Shown here one piece after another: positions 64,000 to 64,000 of a stretch of DNA of 64,000 nt; the first letter of the stretch is position 1, and each line of letters begins with the position of its first letter. Origin of the DNA: Acidobacteriota bacterium (GTDB lineage: Bacteria; Acidobacteriota; Vicinamibacteria; Fen-336); contig QHVM01000017.1 of NCBI GenBank assembly GCA_003223555.1, positions 14,425 to 78,424 on the forward strand, read 5' to 3'. The notes below the pieces were generated by a model that made no database searches, was not told the origin of the DNA, and saw nothing but the letters and a program-made list of their open reading frames with translations. The translations under genes were made by a program, and so were the position numbers.

Positions 64000-64000
64000 A

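Overview
A high-GC, densely coding bacterial chromosome segment. The gene set and order suggest Acidobacteriota, possibly Vicinamibacteria-like, but this is inference only. Most of it is housekeeping: metH, ino1, ileS-lspA-lgt-rluD, rpmE-prfA-prmC-murA-mutY, tig-clpP-clpX-lon-rho, tRNA-Leu(TAG) and pheA. It also holds a TetR-HlyD-ABC efflux operon, a DUF1800/DUF1501 pair, a TonB-receptor-GH3-GH144 (beta-1,2-glucan) locus, a sulfatase/arylsulfotransferase pair and many secreted hypothetical proteins. I found no integrase, transposase, phage module or CRISPR array. The most unusual signals are non-coding. (1) A modular palindromic repeat family has about 7 copies, built from a covarying TTCAN-loop stem extended by tandem G.A pairs and a G-run/C-run hairpin. 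Copies sit directly in front of the clpX and lon start codons and in-frame inside an Smr gene. (2) There are five near-consensus sigma-54 promoters, one pointing into a ~155-nt self-complementary intergenic RNA candidate. (3) Several short deletions hit essential genes (prfA twice, lgt once) and are probably assembly artefacts. All family assignments come from motif recognition, not database searches.
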